Of a stretch of DNA of 64,000 nucleotides, positions 58,831 to 64,000 are shown in pieces. The first letter of the stretch is position 1. Every line of letters begins with the position of its first letter. Made by a program: the position numbers and the translations under genes. The stretch is from the human T2T-CHM13v2.0 reference genome, Homo sapiens, in NCBI RefSeq assembly GCF_009914755.1, contig NC_060932.1, one strand, 5' to 3'. A model generated the notes under the pieces. The model searched no databases and was not told where the DNA came from. It saw only the letters and a program-made list of their open reading frames with translations.

Positions 58831-59965
58831 TATTTTACTGAAGATCAAAAAGCATTTTTTAAAACATGTCATGGTATTTCTATGAAAATCGAAGGTTATT
58901 GCAACAAATTTATTTTATCTGTTCATTAGAGCAGAGCCAGTTGTCTGTCTAGCTAAAAACACACTATTTCAAAGTTACTATATGCAGCTGAAAGTAATAA
59001 AACTGTATTTGCTTTTTAAACATCCATAATTTTGGCTCACTTTTTGTTTGTGTTTTATTTTGGCCTCTACATGTCTAATATTTTCTATGTAATTTCATGT
59101 TGTTTGTTGCTGCTGTATTTTACTGTGTACTTTCCTGAGTATTTATTGTTCAGAATTGATGAAGTTTCTGGAATTAGAATGGAAACTCTCTGAGGTCTTC
59201 TGTTCACTTGGTTGGTATCTTATTCATGAGTCACTGGATGAATTGAGGCAGGGTAATAATTCTGGCAGTGGCTGTCAATGTCAAAATAGAATGCTGAGCT
59301 GAACTTTATGGTTTAAAATGTGTATCCTGAGTTGTCAGGGTTGCTAGATTTAAAGTGTTTGACTTTGGAAAGAATTTGGACAGAATTTGATAGACAACTA
59401 CTAACTCAGGCCTGGAACTCAATTCACCTCTGAAATGAGAAAGGGCCCATCTCCTTTTTTTTTTTTTCCCCTACTCTATTCCCTTTTTCTCAACCTTATT
59501 TCTCTGCATAGTCCAAGGACCAATCACCCGGTAGACAGATCATGCATTAAGAATGTACACAGTGTGAGCTGAGTCAGGAGAAACGGCCCCCTCTCCAGTA
59601 GAGGGGCAGCTTCCATTCCATTTTAAGCTGGACTTGAAATCAATATGTCATTATAAACATGTATGTTGCAGGCAGAGACAGGAAGTGGATGCGTACACAG
59701 GATAAAGTAATTTGGAAGCATTAGTTACTTTGAAATGTGCCGCACACCAAGGAGACATGAGCATTTCACAGTGGATTTCTTTGCCTCAATCAATGTCCTT
59801 ATTTTGCTCATTTGAAGTAGTTTTATAGACCAGCAGGGTCACATGCTTGGGAAATTTCAAATTTCAGGTACATTTTCTTACTGCTAGTCCAGCTCCCAAC
59901 CTCTAAATTGTTTACTTTTAACTGCAAGCCACATCATTTGTCTTAGAGAGAAAATCTCTGATAAG

Positions 59966-60058
59966 TTATCTATCTATCTATCTATCTGTCTATCTATCTA
60001 TATATTTATCTATCACCTATCTATCTATCGATCGATCATCTATTTATCCATCTATCTA
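59966..60058. repeat. (TATC)n tetranucleotide STR, interrupted
   Basis: tatctatctatctatctatctgtctatc... Confidence 0.92.
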
Positions 60059-60244
60059 TTGGGATATGTGCATTAATTCATCCCACAAATAATGGTGTTT
60101 TGTGCTCAATTGTTCCTTAGTAGCATAATTATCTTGAGAGTAAACTCATTGATAATGATCCCATTCCTATTACTCCCTCAAAAAATGCAATAAGCTAGTA
60201 TGACAAGCATGCGGTGATATATACAATTGAGAAAGGGGCCAGAG

Positions 60245-60877
60245 TGTCAGAAGTGTTCAAACCAGAGCAACTCCATCTTGAATAGGGGGTGAGTAAAACG
60301 AGGCTGAGACCTGCTTGACTGAATTTCAAGGAGGTTAGGCACTCTTAGTCACAGGATGAGACAGGAGGTCAGCAAGACTGGTATCAGGTCACAAAGACTC
60401 TGCTGATGAGACAGGATGCTGTAAAGAAGCCAGCGAAAACTGCCAAAACCAAGATGACAGAAAGTGACCTCTGGTCGTCTTCACTCCTCATTATATGCTA
60501 ATTATAATGTGTTAATATGTTAAAAGACACTCCCACCCATGTCATGACAGTTTACAAATGCCATGGCAACGTCCAGAAGTTACCTTATGTGGTCTAAAAA
60601 GGGAAGGAACCCTGAGGTCCAGGAACTCCCTACCTCTTTCCTGAAAAACTCATGAATAATCCATCCCTTGTTTAGCATATAACTAAAAATAACCTTAAGT
60701 ACACTCAGTCAAGTAGCACATGCCGCTGCTCTGTCTATGGAGTAGTCATTCTTTTATTCCTATAATTTCTTAATAAACTTGTTTTCACACTATTCTGAGG
60801 ACTCGCCTTGAACCTTTCTTGCACAAGATCCAAGAACCCTTTCTTGAATTCTGGATCAGGATCCTTTTCTGGTAACA
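60245..60877 (+). mobile_element. MER41 (MER41B-like) ERV1 solo LTR
   Basis: tgtcagaagtgttcaaaccagagcaactccatcttgaatagg...gatccaagaaccct...ctggtaaca; TSD agag/acag. Confidence 0.88.
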
Positions 60878-61749
60878 ACAGCAGGATTTACAAAATTCTT
60901 CCGTAGATTTTCATGACATTCAGCCTTCCATGGATCTCTTTAAAAATATTTTTCTATTTCTCCTAAATGACTTTAAACCATCTCACCCCCAAGTCTTCAA
61001 CTTCCAAACTTCTTTTTGGGACAACAGTGAACTTGCTCCCTGCTCACCTGTAGAAGAGTCCTTTTTTTCTCTCCAGATTTCTTGACTCTTCTATCTTCAA
61101 ATCCGCCCCCAATTTAATGAGCTGCATCTTTTACAAGTTGATGGCTATTCTGACCTTCTTTACATAAGGGAAGTATTTTGCTTTATTTTCCAAAAATGGC
61201 AATACTTTTATGTCAATCCAGCCTCATTCTCTCATTTGATCAGGGACGGAGGTTTAGGCTTCCCAGTCTCATTTCTAATATATTTTTTAAGGGCTAGGTG
61301 GGTGAAACATTTAGGTCTTTTATGGGTAAACATTTTAAGGAAGAAATGCAGCTAATTGTTGACAGTGCTTTTAAAAGATTTGCATTAAAAATGCTTATTG
61401 GAACATTGCTAACATAAGATTGTTAATTTGTTTGGTCTGCATATACAAATCAGCATTTAAAACATAGATTTGTATAGTGAAGATTAGCTTCACCACAAAC
61501 AAACGTTCCAGTCCTCTATCCTTGTTAGTGGGTACAGTCACTTGCTACATCAATTCAGTCCAAATGAGGAGGAGACTTTGGCTATTGAGATGGATCTAAT
61601 ACTAACTGTGAAATTTAAGACATACCGTGTTCCTTTGTTTGCCTAATTTAGCCAATTTAGAAGTCCACATATTTTAAATAAATTGCTTAGTAAATCCCCA
61701 CAGATTGGTTTTTAATCTTGCATTTTAATCTCTTGTATCTTTCTTCTCA

Positions 61750-62500
61750 CCTATTCATCCATGCATTTATGCATTCATTTGATATTTATTGAGTAATTGC
61801 TATGTGGATGGCACTAGGCTAAATACGTGAAGATCTAGGAGAAGAAATAAGACACATGCAAACAACTATAATATAAGGTGGAATATGATACATCTCGCCA
61901 GAAAGGCACAGAGGGCTGTGAACATTTACAGATGAGGAAATCAAATTATAGACGGGGAAGACTAAGAATGACTCCTGGAGTGCATTTCCTTGCCCACAAA
62001 ATGAAGAAAAAGAACATTTAGATATACCCTAAAGAGAGGAAAAGGAGTGAGAACTGTGTGAATAAGTTAGAGAGAAAGACTCTGGTAAGAATGGGACTGA
62101 TGGATTTGGTTGGGGGTAGGCTACATACAGAAGTAACTAGAGAAACAATTGAAAATGAATGACAGATTAGTGAGTGTTGATAATCAGTTTAAGATTTTTG
62201 CATGATAATAAGGAACAACTTAAGGAAATTTTTTAAAATGTCTTTCATTTGATTTTTAGCAAGAAAATTATCTATAAAGGAATTTAAACATAAAAAATAA
62301 TCAAGACATTGTTAGCTTCAAAAAGGCTGTTAAATCAATCCAAGTGAAAAGCAACAAGGTTTAGCAAAGTACAAACAAAAAGGGAAAAACAATTAAGACA
62401 TGGTATAATTGAAACTGTGAAGCAACATAGATCAGCTTTTAGAGGGATGACGGTCAAAAATGAGACAAGGGCTACACTGCCTATAGAGTATCACAAAGGA
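61750..62500 (-). mobile_element. L2
   Basis: attcatttgatatttattgagtaattgctatgtg..ggcactagg (L2 3' end) followed by degenerate body. Confidence 0.7.
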
Positions 62501-63160
62501 AAAGCATAAAAATGAAGAGGATAACTAGCTTAAATGCTCTTTAATTCACAGAATTCTCCAACAGAGGTTATGCAATCTCTACTTAGATTATTCAAATGTA
62601 TCAAATTGCTTTCAAGCAAAAGGGCATTGATGTTGAAGTCCGATGGCTTCAATATAAAAATGGACCACCCTTTAGAGCAAAGGAGATCTACCTGGTTCCC
62701 ATGGCAAGCTTTGATAAACGTCAATCAAAGGTACTCACATTGTCATGTTCATGACAATGGTCAGGTCTTGGCTTTCAGGCTGTATAGAGCTGGATATTTC
62801 ATAAATCATACTTATCAAAGAAATCTCTGCACAAATGCTGTACTAGATGCTAGTCTCTGCCTCCAGGAAACTCACTGACCAGTGGGGAAGGAGACCATGT
62901 TTCCTCCACTCTGTGTCACTTCCTCACTACCTACTCAGTCCCTAACACTTTGTAATCTGATTTCCCCCAACTTCTCAGCGGAAACACCTACTTCAAGTTA
63001 CGTCAATCTAGACACCAAACTGAATAGCTTCTACTTGGTTCTGATTTACTTTGCTCTATTCTGCAATATTTGAAACTATTGGTCATCTTTTTGGTCATAT
63101 ATCTATTTCCTCTCTTAATCACTACTCTTTCCTCAGCACTTTCAGTGTAGGCTGATGCAA

Positions 63161-63161
<1 letters not shown>

Positions 63162-63202
<41 letters not shown>
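63162..63202. repeat. (CA)n microsatellite
   Basis: About 20 uninterrupted AC units. Confidence 0.95.
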
Positions 63203-63205
<3 letters not shown>

Positions 63206-63337
63206 TCACTCACATACATCTTTTTATTTTTCTCTTCCATTGATTGCTGTAACACTTTTCTCTATTAGTTTTTCTGACAAGTTTCTTTTACTTTCCCACT
63301 CTTTATCTGTCTTTCTTCCTTTCTTTAATCCTTAGTA

Positions 63338-63690
63338 CGGTTATGCAATGCATAACAATGTTTCAGTCAGTGACTGAGTGACCGCACTTACAAGGGTAGT
63401 CCGATAAGATTATAATACTGTATTTTTACTGTACCTTTTCTATGTTTAGATATATTTACATACACAAATACTTACCATTGCATTACTATTGCCTACAGTA
63501 TTTAGTACAGTAACATGCTGTAAAGGTTTGTGGCCCAGGAATAATAGGCTACACCATATAGCATAGCTGTGTAGTAGGCTACACTATCTAGCTTTGTGTA
63601 AGTTCATGCCATGATGTTCACATAATGACAAAATTGTCTAATGACACATTTCTCACAACATAGCCCATTCGTAAGTGATGCATGATATCA
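63338..63690 (+). mobile_element. Tigger3a (MER7A)
   Basis: ataagattataatactgtatttttactgtaccttttctatgtttagat...aatgacacatttctc. Confidence 0.85.
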
Positions 63691-64000
63691 TAGGTTTCTG
63701 CTAAGGTGCTTCCTGGGATCTTTTGTCTAATTTAAATGCTCATTTTGTTGTTGTTGACATCATTGACTCTCATAGATAGAAGCCTTAAACATCCTATGGA
63801 AATAAAAGAGCACAAGCAGTCTTTGGTAATAGTAAGTAGTTTGTGAAAGCCACAGCTTAGACTGGGGAAGTCTGAGAGTGCTGGAGGGAAGACTGCTGAG
63901 ATAGGCAAGGCCAGGTCCTGGGGAACTTCTGGGTCAGAATAAAGTCAGACCGAATCCTATAGGCAAAAGAGAACAATTGAAACATTGTCAGCTGTGGCAT

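Noticed and set aside
62534-62878. 114-aa ORF ending CLQETH (L1 endonuclease-like motif)
   Set aside because: The upstream sequence has no endonuclease similarity; the ending looks like a chance reading of an L2-type tail.

Overview
Primate (very likely human) non-coding DNA. I found no convincing protein-coding exon: every listed ORF is explained by Alu, L1, LTR, simple-repeat or NUMT sequence, or is unassignable. The window is dominated by interspersed repeats: about 22 Alus, old L1M/L2/L3/MIR relics, Tigger3/MER20/MER58 DNA transposons and about 20 ERV1/ERVL/MaLR LTRs, many with readable target-site duplications (TSDs). The standout feature is a ~2.1 kb ancient nuclear mitochondrial insertion (NUMT, ~35650-37760, reversed relative to the mtDNA reference). 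It carries tRNA-Pro, tRNA-Thr, CYTB, tRNA-Glu, ND6 and the 3' end of ND5, sits inside an old L1 3' UTR, and has a triplicated 7-mer at one junction. Other notable items are two 5'-inverted (twin-primed) L1PA insertions, nested transposon stacks, several perfect short inverted repeats (one with an 18-bp stem), and candidate enhancer motif clusters and cryptic exons. Repeat subfamily names come from recalled consensus sequences and need RepeatMasker/Dfam confirmation. I found no clear evidence of a wholly new biological system.
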